This document shows positions 27,101-39,100 of a stretch of DNA of 64,000 nucleotides, piece by piece. Each line of letters opens with the position of its first letter. The stretch's first letter is position 1. The position numbers and the translations under genes were made by a program. A model generated the notes under the pieces. The model worked only from the letters and a program-made list of their open reading frames with translations, had not been told where the DNA came from and did not search any database. This DNA is from Botryllus schlosseri (taxonomy: Eukaryota). The DNA lies in contig CM119372.1 in NCBI GenBank assembly GCA_051294905.1, positions 19,902,001 through 19,966,000 on the forward strand. The letters run 5' to 3'.

Positions 27101-30100
27101 TTCATCGCATCTTGTTTGTTGTCAGTAAATTTATACGCAGAATGTCTAGATTTTAAAATTTCATATTCCATCTAACTATCTAATTTTTTTAGAGTTCTCA
27201 TTTCCAAACGCATTTTGTCGAAATCGAAACAGCTATAGAAGCATAGTTGCTGTCAACTGCAAGAAAGCGAATTCAACCAGCAGCCCGATCGAAAAAGAAG
27301 GTTAATATCACTTCACCACAGTCGATGCTGAGACCGCCAATTTCGACTTACAAATAGGCATGTATGGAATGTTGCGGTACTTGACTTAAGCCTAGACATT
27401 ACAGTGACGAAGCCCCTATACTAATTTACGCTGCAGATATATAGTATTATACAGGGATATCTAGTCTAGTCTAGATATCTAGATATCCCTGGTATTATAT
27501 AACCAGAGCTGGTCAGTAACGAAGTACTTCTACCTTTTCGGGGTACTCAGGCAGGTTTTCCCTATTCGCAGTACTTACTCGAGTATTTATGATTTTAAAC
27601 TAATTCTACTTCTACCTAGCAGTTTTCATTTTTTCAGGCAAAACTAGACCTGGAATACTTACTTTTTTTACTCAGTTGACAATAGGTACTTCTACTTCTA
27701 CTTGAGTACCAACGATAACTAGTTTGACCTCTTCATATAGTTCGCTCTGTGGGTACTGCTTCGATACAAAAGGACCCGGGAAAATCGAGTGGTTGACTGG
27801 CTATCCAAGTACCGTTTATCATAACGTTATGCGAAGAAAATGTATAGGCAGTTCAAATGTACATATACATTACAGACCCTAAATAGTTATATTTGGTTGC
27901 TCGAAACTACCTACTCCCGCTGATAGACATAACTCATTTCAATCAACACTCGAGTCGGACACGCATAAATCAATAGATCATCTATCAAGCCACTGTTACA
28001 CACCACACACCACATGAGAGTGTTTGTACTGGTCTATCAATCAAACACCTATCTTGGTCAGGCCTAGAAAAATGGGCGAGAGCTGCTGTTTTTTCCCCCA
28101 TGAACAGCACGATATCACGATTGCATCAACTTACCTGTCGTTTCCTCTCGCAGTTCCGAAGGACAAGGTGTCCCTCCGTTGGTTGCCTCTTTGGTTATGA
28201 TTTGGCTACGGATCGACAAGCTGCCATTACAGGCACTCCACTCTCCCAGGCCGACTTCGCATGGTGTGCATTCTGTCGACAGGCACTCTCGTAAAATAAT
28301 GAAGCAAATGTTTTTCTAAATTGACGCGCATTATAATTATCGCGTTGTTCTTGTTGGGGTAAGATGATTTACGGACGTCTTGTAACGCAAGAGAAATGTT
28401 CATACTGAGACGTCTGTATGCGTAGCTATGCCTACTATTTCATTAGAAAGTTGAAGCTCGGATGTAAAAGGTTTGGGCTGTTACAGAAACATAAATAATG
28501 GTGTGAGATCGATTTCGTTATGCGTAGAAACATAGCGGATTTTGGGGACTGACGTCCCATCTCTGCAGTCCATTCCATGCTGACAGCCATGCAAGTATCG
28601 CAATACAATCGAAATATTTACACTCCTTGAGATGAAACCGGTCTCTTTGCGAGTGAAACAGCAAGATGTAGGTCCATACAATATTCTCACCTTGAGTTTG
28701 AGCGTCTAGCTCTGGACATTCCAACCCCGCTCCAACTCGAGGTTGAGTTATAGTTTGAATGCGGATACGTGTTCCGTCACTGCACTCTGACCAATCGCCC
28801 CATTCCAACGCACAGTCAATGCATGCTTAAATTTGCATTTATTATTATTATGAGGTAATCTATACGAATGATGAACTAAAGTACCAAACAAACTATGCAT
28901 TATTGCGAAAGCCCTGCCAAAGTCTATTCAAATGAAGAAAGTAGGGCTTGTTTTTATAACAGGCTAAAAACTATCGGAATAAGACCAATCCGTTAGCCTA
29001 CCTTAAGGGAGAGTTTAAGGTACACTGTGTTCTACTGTCGAACAATGGTTCAATCACCTTTTTTCTCCATAGCAAAATGTATTACCAGGAGGACAGCTTG
29101 CCCATAACAGCAAACGAAATAAAACGACACGTTTTTACTAGTTTAGGAGCAAAGAACGTAATTTAAAACGCATTCATTACCTTCGACTTATCCCACGTGG
29201 TAAAACTGCAAGTGCGTGTCATACCAAACTTTTTAAAAGCAGCTTGCATCTCGTTTAGGACCAGTCACGTGTGAAAGGTAGGAGAAATTTTTAAACAATC
29301 TTTGACGTCATTTAACAATACAATTTAGCGACATCTGACAGTATCGTAGAATCTGGCGAACGACGTCACATTTCTTTCAAAAGAAAACCAATACTCAAAA
29401 TCGAGTTGGTGGTTTAACAGGACTTTACCAAATTATAGCAGAACCACGCGTAACAGTTGTAATATCAAGAAGACTGCAGTTCCGTCCCGATTTTTAGTTT
29501 TGAATCACACGCTTTGTCGTTGCTGCATTCTTAGTCGATTTTGATTTTTACCAGTACACAGGTCCGCAAAATTTGTTCTAGAATTTTTCTGGTCGGTAAG
29601 CTAAGAAAGTTGACAACCACTGGTCTAGACTGTATCGCTTCATAATGCCAAAGTTCGAAAAGTACGAGTCACCTATATGAGATGAGAGGTTTAGCCTACA
29701 TAACGAGGCTATTTAAGTCTCATATAGCTTATCCGATCTGGTGCAGTATAACTTGAGTTGGAGTTTCGAAAGAAGTATTTTTACGCAGTAACCTAAAATC
29801 GCTTATGACCTCACCTTCCTCTAAAGCGGGACATGTAGTAGATGTGCTGCCACGTCTAACAATAACTTCGTTCCGACTTCGTGACCCGCCCGAACACTCA
29901 GACCACTCCTCGTATTCTTCCTCGCAGTCTATTGGAACTGTAATTAAGCAAATAGTAAATGCTCGCGCATAAAACGCCATGTCCAGATCATTATCGCTTT
30001 CCTGGACGTTGTGCGCGTTATAAAAGCAGTAGCGTCGCGATTTATCTGTATACCACAGAACACGGCGTAATAGCACATAGCCTATACTTCATAGTTCAGA

Positions 30101-33100
30101 TTCAATGCCGAAATTCAATTGCAAGCTATACTGTCCCAATTACTCCTCCATTTTCTTCTTTATTTAAACCCGCTAGGGTTGGGTTGAATGGATAGAGATG
30201 AAATCGGCAACATTGGCTGTTATTGCCAACTTTGCCTTTGATTGGACAGTAAACTGTTAAGCGATAATTTGCAGACAACTATATTATACTAGCGCGCATA
30301 TCTATATAGACTTATGCGGCTATTTCTTATTAACGAAAGCTCTAAAACCAGGATTGTGTTGTCTTCCTATCTAGCAGTCTACGGTTCATAATGTCGAGAA
30401 TTCAATTTAAAATCACAATCTAATTTCACGTCTATCACCGAACACACGCGACCTTCCTGTCGACTGTACGTGTACATCACAAATAACTAGGGCAAGTCTT
30501 TGTTGCACTAAAAGCGCGAGTAAGTTGACAAAAGTTGCATTTATAATTTCTGTTGAATTATTAGGGTATGAGATACTCGATAGGCCCCGCTGTATAACCT
30601 AGTTCCTGCAGATCTGCCAAATATGTTACTTTGCCACTTAACAGACGGTTACGCGAAACCGACGAAAATCACATTTTTACCCGGCAAACTGCAAGATAAT
30701 TACGCAATGCGGGAATAATATTCCCCAAAAAAGCCAAAGAGCATAGCGATAACCCCCTTCCCCTAAAACAAGTCAAATAACACACCCAAGATGCCATAGG
30801 TCTGCAAACTTGACCCAAGGCATTACAGAAAAACTCACTATCAGCGACTATAACAAAATCATTAGCCTGAAAAAGCGTACCCAGTGAAAATGTAATTTTC
30901 GGCGGTCTCGCCTGGGCGATCGTGAAATGGAAAATTATCTCAAATTTAAATGACAAAAATGATAAAGCGAGCTATTTACGTATTGCTCAGGCACAGTCAA
31001 TGTTCCCTCTAATTTTTCACGACTCTGCGCAAATACGGCAACTTACTGTGCAGGCCCTTGGACAACAGTGCGCAACCAGGCCCCCATAGGGTGATAAAAC
31101 GTGCAGGCCCCCCTCGCCCCATGCGCCTTTTGCCGGTACTTAACATTGACATTGGGTGCCCGTTGATATGGTTACTTAGTCTAAACGCGCGAAGCGCGAA
31201 AAATTTATATCATTCAAGATTTAATCGGTCAATATGATCGGGTATTGCATATATATTGCTATCAATTTGGGTATAATGACTTCGTTACATGATGCTATTT
31301 CGCGACCTCCTATCTTCTATGTAAAAAGATATTGAAATCGCCCAAACCTACTAAACTATAATGACGTACACGATTTCAAATTGGTATTTCTTTACTGGCA
31401 AATAATGTTCCCTCGATATGGCATTTGTTTTGTTGTGGAACTCGGATCGCGAGGACAGGAGCATTTAGCGCCAGCCGTTAGGCACCAATGGACAATTAAA
31501 CATCTATGTATAATTGTATATAAATCGAAGTTTTCGGTTAGCACAAGGGCGGTCTTTTTCGGCCAAGGTACTCTCGCTGCTGATCGTTCTGGCGCATATC
31601 TCGGAGTCGTATGTTACATAGTCTATGACTTCACATGTCTTGGTGCGTCGTGGCGCGGTAATGGCCGACGCCCAAGTTCCCATTTCTATAAATGATGCGT
31701 ATTTTTTATTGGGGAAATGGTACGCAATAATCAAGATATTTGACAAAAATAAATGGCGCATGGCGCGAAAATTTTTTTGAAAAGTTAAAAAAAAATACAC
31801 CATGATTTATGTTAATTCACGAAATAATTTTGGGTCCCCTTCGAGCGCGGTCTCTCCAATTGAGGGGTTCCGGTCCTGAGTAAATCTTACGCAATCTTAC
31901 GCAAGGTTTATGCCACGCGGAGAAGACTATTCGTTAGTTTCTCGCCGAGTTACTTCAAGCTACCCCAACTCTGGTAAACAATGTTATTTTGCCATTCCCA
32001 GAAAATAATGCGCTATTGAAATGATATCAGTATCGCTCACGCGTACGAGACCATACTAAAAGAAAAAATTTATTTCGTGAGGTGCCCGTGATTGCAAATT
32101 CTCATTTATTCACGGAGTGCAATATTTACCCTTGCGAGCCGCACTTGTACCTTCGTTTCAGACTTCAGCGATAACACTATTTGCCCCTGGCAATGTTGCC
32201 TCTATTTTTTCACGAGTCTGCGCGGCCCCTTGGACAACAGTGCGCAACGACTAAAAAAACCTCACTTCGGATTTTTTGTGCGCAGAGCCCGTTTCAGCAC
32301 TGCGCATTTGCGCACGTGCGCAGCTTAGAGGGAACATTGGGCGCAGTCATGCTTGGCAGGGGTAGTTGAACTTCTGGCTTGCAAGCCATTGTGGAAGGGA
32401 TAACAGTGAGATCGGCTAACCAATCATATATCACTTTGTTATGCAAATCAAAGAGAATAGAACCATACTAGAAATAGTTTATAGCATGTTTTTCAATCAC
32501 TCCTTTACATTTTTACGCAATATTTGATAAAAGTTGCAGTAAAAATTGGCATGGAAAATAGGAAAAAGTGGCAAAAAGTTGCACTATATAATCCCTCCAA
32601 ACACCTTAAAACATCATAGTACATATATTCTGAGTATCTAGGAAGCTGTGGGAAATTGCAAAAAAGTTACAAAAGCTGCAAAAACTTGCCCTACTATAGT
32701 AACGATTGGCGTGCGGGTCATATAACAGCGCGCACATGGATTGGCTCTATCGATGATAACGACCAAGCGTATACCGTACTAGATGGACTTTTAAGCATCT
32801 CAAAATTCGCATTAATTAAATATAGCTTCAGAAGCAACGAGCTAAATATGCCGTAAATTACTTAGTTCGCAGGTGGGCTGATCGGCTGTCCAGAGTTCAG
32901 TTCTTGCGCAAGTTATCCGGTCGGCTCCCACCAGCCTGAAGCCATCGTCGCATTCGAAAGCGCAGGTGGACCGGACGTGATTCGCATTGGAGCAATCGTA
33001 TTTGCCGTCGAGAATGGAATGTACGGGCGGCTGGCAGAACACTCCTGAATCGAACAGAGTGATAGTGTTGACTCGACTCGAGTTGAGGCATGCAATTTGA

Positions 33101-36100
33101 GTATTGACGCGACTTGTACTCGAGTCAGAGCGCATGACTCGACCAAATCATATGACTTGCGACTTGGACGGCTAAGATCGACATTTCATTGTAATTACGA
33201 AAAATAGCGAGCTACCACATTATTGGTATTTCGTCTGTTAGTATACTGGTACTGGTGTTTATAAAATAGGGCCAGAAATTGTATAAAGTGAGTAAAATTA
33301 CTACTATAACCACTTGAGCAAGTTGCGCAAGTTGGCAAAACCTATACTTGAGTACTCCGAATAAGTATTACTTCTTTACTGATCGCTGTGGTTGCATTCG
33401 ACTAAGATACCTGACTTCTTGAACATAAACATCTATATTTGCATAGTAGGTCAACAGATCTTTTGGTACTATAAGTGGTTCCCAATCTTTTATCCTAATA
33501 AAGCTTGAGATTTCTTTATCGCCCACTGGAGACAAGAGGTTATCAGTTAGGTTTTGCTTTCAGTTTTCCGTAGTGTTCAAGTAGGTTGTACCCACTTACT
33601 CAAGTAGTTTTGCTTCTATAGTACTTCTACTTAGACACTTTTAGCACCCGTCTCTCAAAATCGCCCACTTGGGGAGCCACTGCGCTAGACATCGATGTGA
33701 TTCCGCATATGATTTGCCAAAACCAGCTGGCCGCTTCGACCAACTGTCTCTAGAACAGTGGTTCTCAACTTGGGGGGCGCGGGAGGCTCTCAGGGGGGCG
33801 CGAGAAATTGACAAAGTCTGTATGAATTCCGACCAAACATGTGTTTTACAACCATTCTGAGTAATGATTGTTGAAGAGAAACTTATTTCGTGTTCAAGAA
33901 AGCTCGCCATATTCAAACTCCAGCAGTCGCGCTCAATGGAGTATAGGCTGATTTCAACATCATTTGAGCAAATTCTTTATATGCTTTGAAGATTTAGAGC
34001 TATTCCCACGTGTAAGTCATTCATTAATTCATAGCTTTAGCAGTAGCCTAAAGCTCGCTGCTCTGGGTAGCTGTTGTTAATAGCTGGCGAACTGCATTGC
34101 CTAAAACAGACTTAGATGCAATATAGGTTGCCCGGTTTCGCCCTCAATTAGGCTACCCTAAATCATCACAATTTCATTCAATTCCAAAACTGATCAAATT
34201 TAGCATGGCAGTGCAGAACGACGTCGTGCTCTCTGTGGTCACTGCCATCAGCATTAGGATTAGTCTCAGTGCAACCTACCTTGAAATAAATTGCTGTCCT
34301 GTTTGATGTTATTTGCTATTTTCAAACAAGTTTGGGGAAATTTGTCAGAAATGATAAAGACTCAACAACTGGAATGCGGATTTAACCTTGGCGTAAGACA
34401 TACCATATGTATACTATTAGATCAGGGATGGGCAACCTGCGCCGTAGAAGGGAATTTGTGCGGCCGTCGACACCTAATTCAATTAGTATGTGTTATGGCG
34501 GCCGTCGACATGCAAACGGAAATTACGAATTCACTACCGAATTTTTGAGAGATTTTAACTATTCTTGAAATTTTCCTCGCGCTCCGCGCAATTCAACATA
34601 ACTTCATTTTTTCCATTTTAATATAGTAGCACCCTTCTCAATCTGAGCCGGAATCGGAATCGTGTGCTCCTCGCGAAGGAAATTTGTTTGTGGTACATTT
34701 GGGCGATTTCAATATATTTCCACAATTCCCGCTACCGATACAATCGACAATTCTGATGGCGAGTCAAGAAATAACAGCATGCAACAAAGCGGCTAATAAC
34801 AATTGGCCCACCCGAAGATGTATTATCATTTGTGACTTGCCATAAATTTTTGAAAGCACTCCCTCCATGAACCCTACCTGTGAAACGGATCACACGGGCT
34901 GAGAAAGAATAAATATTTGATAGTAATATGTGACACTACTACTATTAATTACGGAATTCATTCGTGAATCTGAAATATTTACGCGCTCCGCGCGACAATG
35001 TGCAATCATAGCAACTATTCATATAACTTCGCCACTCGCGATTTCCGTGCGTACAATAGAATGAAAAGTAGAATAGTCCGGAGTTCACCGAGAATGGATA
35101 TCGACGGATTAACATAGGTATTTTGCATCCAGTTAGTTCATTACGGCTATGCCCTTGAATGCGGCATTAGGCTACATAAGTAATCGAAATGTGGCCGTGA
35201 TTAGCAAGAAGGTTGCCTACCTCTGTATTAGAAGATGTGCTCTTTTTGACATGACGATAAGTGCAGGGGGGTCAGGGGGCGCAATTTTTTGAACATCGTC
35301 AAGGGGTTCGCATGTCCAAAAAAGTTCAGAACCGCTGCTCTAGAAAGTATCGCGTATACTTACGGAGGCAAACCGGTGGGTCTTCATTCCATCTCCCGTT
35401 AATCCCGCATTCTATGGTGTCGGTGCCTATCATTTTAGTGTCGCTGTTGCAGGTGAAGAAGCATATCGACCCCAGTCGAGTTTCGACACTACACGCAACG
35501 GTCCCGTAACGAGGCGTGTCAAAATCGCCGCAATTTCCTGCGAAGGTTGCGTGAAAGGGCGGATTGGTGTGAGAGCAATGCGGTGACGTATACCTGGCGG
35601 TGTCGGTTCCGCCGCTCCGGGTATAGCTGGCGGCGTTGGCTCGGTAGCAGCGACTTTCGGAACAGTTCTAGAGGGTTGAGGGGGTGTTGGCTCTTCTCGC
35701 GCTGTAACAGTTGAGCATGAAGTTAGGAATTGTCGAGATAAGTTCAGACGCAATCGTTTCGGGCAGGTACTGTTATATCTTTAAATTGGTGATACGCAGA
35801 GCTGGAATCGCACGCGTAACTCGGATCACGTCCGAAAAGCCAATACACAAATCGATCTGCGAAATATCTCAAGAACCTGCCCCCTGCGGTTCTATGTATA
35901 ATAATACGTTGTATATGAACCCATTCTCATCAGGAGTTCGAAGCAGATGTTCTCGGCGAAACTGCTCACTTGGTTTATTAGTGACAGAGGCGGAAAAAGT
36001 AGTCAGCGTTACTACTCAATTACGAGTACCTGTTGAAATTTCAAAAGCATGTCAAAAGTGCTCCACGAAGAGGTGGAAAATTAGGATCTGAAAATTGACT

Positions 36101-39100
36101 AAATAAGTAGTTTTAAAACATAGATCGGGTCGAATAGGCGCGTGCTTTTAGCGGTTAATCAGAGAGGGCTACTTCATAAATTGCAGGGTGCATTTTCGCG
36201 ATTAACGGAAAATTACTAATGACAATGCATATAGGTGCAAAATATATTCAGTCGTCCGTGTTGTCATGATACAGGAGCTATTTCGTCGAATTGCAATGGC
36301 AATGTCACTCGTAAAAGTGATGAAAGCATATCTCAAAATTACTTTCTACTGTTCAGAATCCAAAGTATAAAAATTTATGTTTTTTCAATACTGATGAAAA
36401 CAAGTGGAAGTAATAGAAACATAGTCACTGGAGACTGGAGTAGATAGTGCGGATGGTGCGAGTTTTTTTGAAAGGTTTTGTGTAAACGCGAACGTGAACC
36501 TATGGCGTCACGTGACGTCATATTGCTAATTCCAACCCTACATTTCCGTAAAGTAATATATATGTACAGTATGCCAAAATGCTGAAGTATACATGCTGAC
36601 ATTTTAAATGTCACCTTATAATGTATCAACTGGGACAATCAAAAATTATAATAAGTCCACAAAATCACTGAGGATTCACTAACGCAGGGGTTCTCAACCT
36701 GGGGGGCGTGAAACATCTGAAGGGGGGCGCAATGAAGCGGTCACCTGTAAAAAAATTTCGCGCTTCGCGCGATTTACCTCCTATGCGCACGTGTTTTTCT
36801 CTATATGGACCCAATTTCATCTTTTTTATTCTCTTATCAACATTCATAACCGTCCATACCACCAAACAATCTGTTATGGTTGCTAGCATCCCAGTTGGAT
36901 TTTGTGATATGACGATGAGGGGCGCGCGAAATTTTGCACTATCAAAAAGGGGGGCGCATCTAAAAAAAGGTTGAGAACCACTGCACTAACGGAAAGCTGA
37001 GTATTCTGGGCAATGTTTCGAGCAAATATTTTTTGAAATTGGCAAGGTGCATGTTCGTTTAGTTTTTCGCACTTTGCCAAAAACTTTAGGTCTTCATGTG
37101 TCCCGGCGCGGAGGGGGTTGACCTCGACATATCTATTTCTTATAGTCCCTCGCCCACCGTTGCACACCCCTACACTAAAGCATCCCAACGGACTCCGGCG
37201 GTGTTTTCCAGTGAAGCCATGCCGGACATTCAAACCAAGTTGTGTAATACAAAGGTCGGCACATTTTCATGATCAAACCATACTGTAGTAACTTTTTACG
37301 GGCGTCGCTTATTGGCTGTAGCATCAAACACAGTGGCCTCAAACATGTACAAACTATTGGCAGAAAATCGCGCGAGCCGCGAAGAGGATTTTTTGTTGCA
37401 AGAACTTCAAGAACCCGGGCTGGTATGGAATGGCTAGACTTTGTTAATCAACAATAAATATTATCGGAGTAGCTATATATGGGTATAGGTCTCGTTGGGT
37501 TCCCTTTGTAGAACGAAGTGAAAAGAGAGTTACAGACGATGCGCTATTGCATCTCATCTGCAGCAGAGAATATTACGTCAAAAATCGAAGCGCAAAATTT
37601 CATCGACTTGCGAGGAATGAGCGACGCGAAGGTTAAAGATATCAAATATATATGTAGTAATGCGTGGAATAGGTTCTGAAACGCTAGATTACCTGGAGGG
37701 TCAGTTACATCGGGAACTGGCAAGTTTCCGTCGATCTTATCCGACATCACTTCCTCCTCGATGATTGTGCCATTATCATCTAGAATATATTTGCGAGTAT
37801 AAAAGACACGATAATGAATATTCCCTCTAATATAGAATATTAGAATCCATACCTCTTCCTTCTGCACCCTCTTCCGGTCCATAATCCTCTCTGTAATAAT
37901 CCAGATCGGCACCTGAAAAAATGCATCTGAAAAATCAAAGCTGCGCTTCGCGGCCATAAAATATGTTCGAAGTGTGCATTGTAAGTACTGTTCTTGTATT
38001 TATTAGCAAGATATTGTTTTTTACAGTGAGATTGTAAAGTGGTGTGTTTTTGTAGTGATCTGACATTACAGCAGAGGCGGTCAGTAATGGATCACTTCTA
38101 CTTTTTCGGATAACTAGGGTAAGCCTCCTCTACTTTCTTAAGTAGGTTTAAGACCTTTCAAATTTTTTGGGGGAAATTGCTACTTCTCTCCGTAATTAAG
38201 TAGAAAGTTACGTTGTTACTTCTACGTCTACTTGAGTAGCAACGCTGACTACTTTGGCCACCTCTGTGTAAAGAGAGTAACTAATTTGAAGCGAACGCCA
38301 GTAAATGTTTAAATAAAACTTACCATCGAAGGGCCCGCCTCCTGATCCAACGGCGACGGGAACCCTGTTCAATTCATCTGTCACGAACAAAGGAATATTT
38401 TAAATATGTTACGCTTTTCTTTTCAACTTATATAAGTTTCTGGCTTTCCGTATACTCAAGCAACCCTGTGTAAAGATGAACTTGCGTCAAACCTATTCCG
38501 ACGATCCGACCGCCGTCAATCCGCAAGTCAATTTCCATCATGGCCGACAATGATTCGGCAAGAATGTCCACGTCGACTCCTGCGACATAGACTTCAATTT
38601 CGGCTTTCGTGAAGCGCCCTTCCGACGATATTTTTAAAACTGTGGTGTCAATCTGCGCAAACAAATATAGTAAAATTTAGCCCACGTGTCCATCATCATC
38701 GGATAGTATCAATAACAACCTGATCCGGTGTAAGTGATATCAAGCCGTATGTGTAAAGAGGATCTGCCAGCAGGATTTCGAACTGAAAAGAAAGACATTG
38801 CTAGTTAAAGAGCAAACTAAACATTACATAACGAATGGTGATGTTTCCTGAAATCAGTAGCGAGGTTCCTCCACTTTTTTCGTACTGGAGTAGGTTTTAC
38901 CCACTATCACTTCTACTTAACCGCTTTTAAGCAGAAGTACTTACTTTTTCGTCTTCTGGATTTTGTAAAATAGAAAGAATTATTTGGGTAAGTTTGCATG
39001 TATCATCTTCATGGGTAAAATTGTCATACTAACTGGGAAAAATAGCAACTGAGCCGCGATACCTGAATTTATTTTCGAAAATTGCGCTAATTTGTGGTGT

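Noticed and set aside
15468-29937. Regularly recurring similar units that might suggest a CRISPR-like or satellite array
   Set aside because: The similarity is at protein level (TSP1 exons with splice sites), spacing is irregular, and there are no identical DNA direct repeats or cas genes.
32690-32790. WIG-containing plus frame and an NPCARC minus frame next to CCP2
   Set aside because: The phases are incompatible with the flanking exons, which already join in frame; it is probably chance.
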